From a virus: 64,000 nucleotides of DNA. Positions 63,547 through 64,000 of this stretch are shown piece by piece. Made by a program: the position numbers and the translations under genes. The notes under the pieces were generated by a model, which worked only from the letters and a program-made list of their open reading frames with translations, ran no database searches and was not told the origin of the DNA. Each line of letters opens with the position of its first letter. Position 1 is the stretch's first letter. The stretch lies in the IMG/VR virus record IMGVR_UViG_3300046010_009647, positions 15,500 to 79,499 of that record; one strand, given 5' to 3'.

Positions 63547-63769
63547 TCAGTTTACTCTCCTTTATGAGGATGAGAATACTAAGCTTTTGTATGAATTCAA
63601 AGCTGTTGTTGCTGACGATGTAATCAATCGCCTTGTGGATTTCCTCAAGGGTTGTGGCTACATGGAAAGCAGCATCTTTGAATGCATGAAGGAATCTTCT
63701 GAGATGTACTTCGATTCATTAAGTACTAAGCAATCCTTAATGAATTGGGGCAAGCCTGATCCAGAATAA
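63530..63769 (+). CDS. Hypothetical protein
   Basis: EF....DDVI...DFLKGCGY. Confidence 0.6.
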   Translation: MTPTHDQFTLLYEDENTKLLYEFKAVVADDVINRLVDFLKGCGYMESSIFECMKESSEMYFDSLSTKQSLMNWGKPDPE

Positions 63770-63774
63770 AGATC

Positions 63775-63802
63775 CGTCCTGAGCATGACGTTAAACTGCT
63801 CA
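63775..63802 (+). ncRNA. Family B H-type pseudoknot
   Basis: CGTC-CTGAGCAT-GACG-TTAAAC-TGCTCA. Confidence 0.75.
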
Positions 63803-63822
63803 CTTCTGACTACGAAACAACC

Positions 63823-64000
63823 ATGACTTCTTCCATGACCACCAAGAAAACTTCTGCGCTTGCATCCAGGGGACTTGATTCCTTCAAGCTTTTTCAATCC
63901 AAAGAGTTTGTCTCTGGCTACCAGAATCTTGTAACAATTCAACCACTCAACAAATCAAAGGTACGTGGTTGGTTTGTCCGTAAGTCTGATCTTGATACCT
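63823..64000 (+). CDS. Partial ORF running off the window
   Basis: ATG ACT TCT TCC ATG..., open to the end. Confidence 0.55.
   Translation, partial: MTSSMTTKKTSALASRGLDSFKLFQSKEFVSGYQNLVTIQPLNKSKVRGWFVRKSDLDT

Noticed and set aside
51042-63802. Family B as pistol ribozymes (P1 followed by TTAAA)
   Set aside because: The pseudoknot partner follows the linker directly; pistol P2/P3 and the catalytic core are absent

Overview
A 64-kb piece of a large dsDNA tailed-phage genome. The host is most likely a picocyanobacterium (inferred from a CP12-like peptide, DUF4278, an NtcA-like box, speD, thyX and dcd). About 0.1-16 kb: speD, a glycosyltransferase, HNH-like genes, lysis genes, four tail-fibre-like genes, a degenerate DNA methylase and dcd. 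About 16-45.3 kb, mostly minus strand: terminase large subunit, portal, scaffold, major capsid protein, several peptidoglycan hydrolases and Gly/Ala-rich putative internal virion proteins. From about 45.8 kb, plus strand: many small early-type ORFs, a PcfJ-domain gene, tRNA-Leu(TAA), thyX, a T7-like family A DNA polymerase invaded by an HNH gene, and a tandem SSB. The strongest unexplained signal is a cassette layout in the early region: [upstream stop codon][structured RNA][CAACT-rich linker][start codon]. It uses four covarying RNA folds: a bulged TAAGT stem (9 copies), an H-type pseudoknot (5 plus 2 divergent), a T-loop three-way junction (4) and a two-state switch (2). Other highlights are 44- and 42-bp perfect inverted repeats between two convergent tail-fibre genes, an HNH insertion that duplicated the polymerase C-terminus, a shared LAG[R/K]Y motif in putative virion proteins, and domains shared among lysins. 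All family assignments are by-eye motif recognition; no searches were run.
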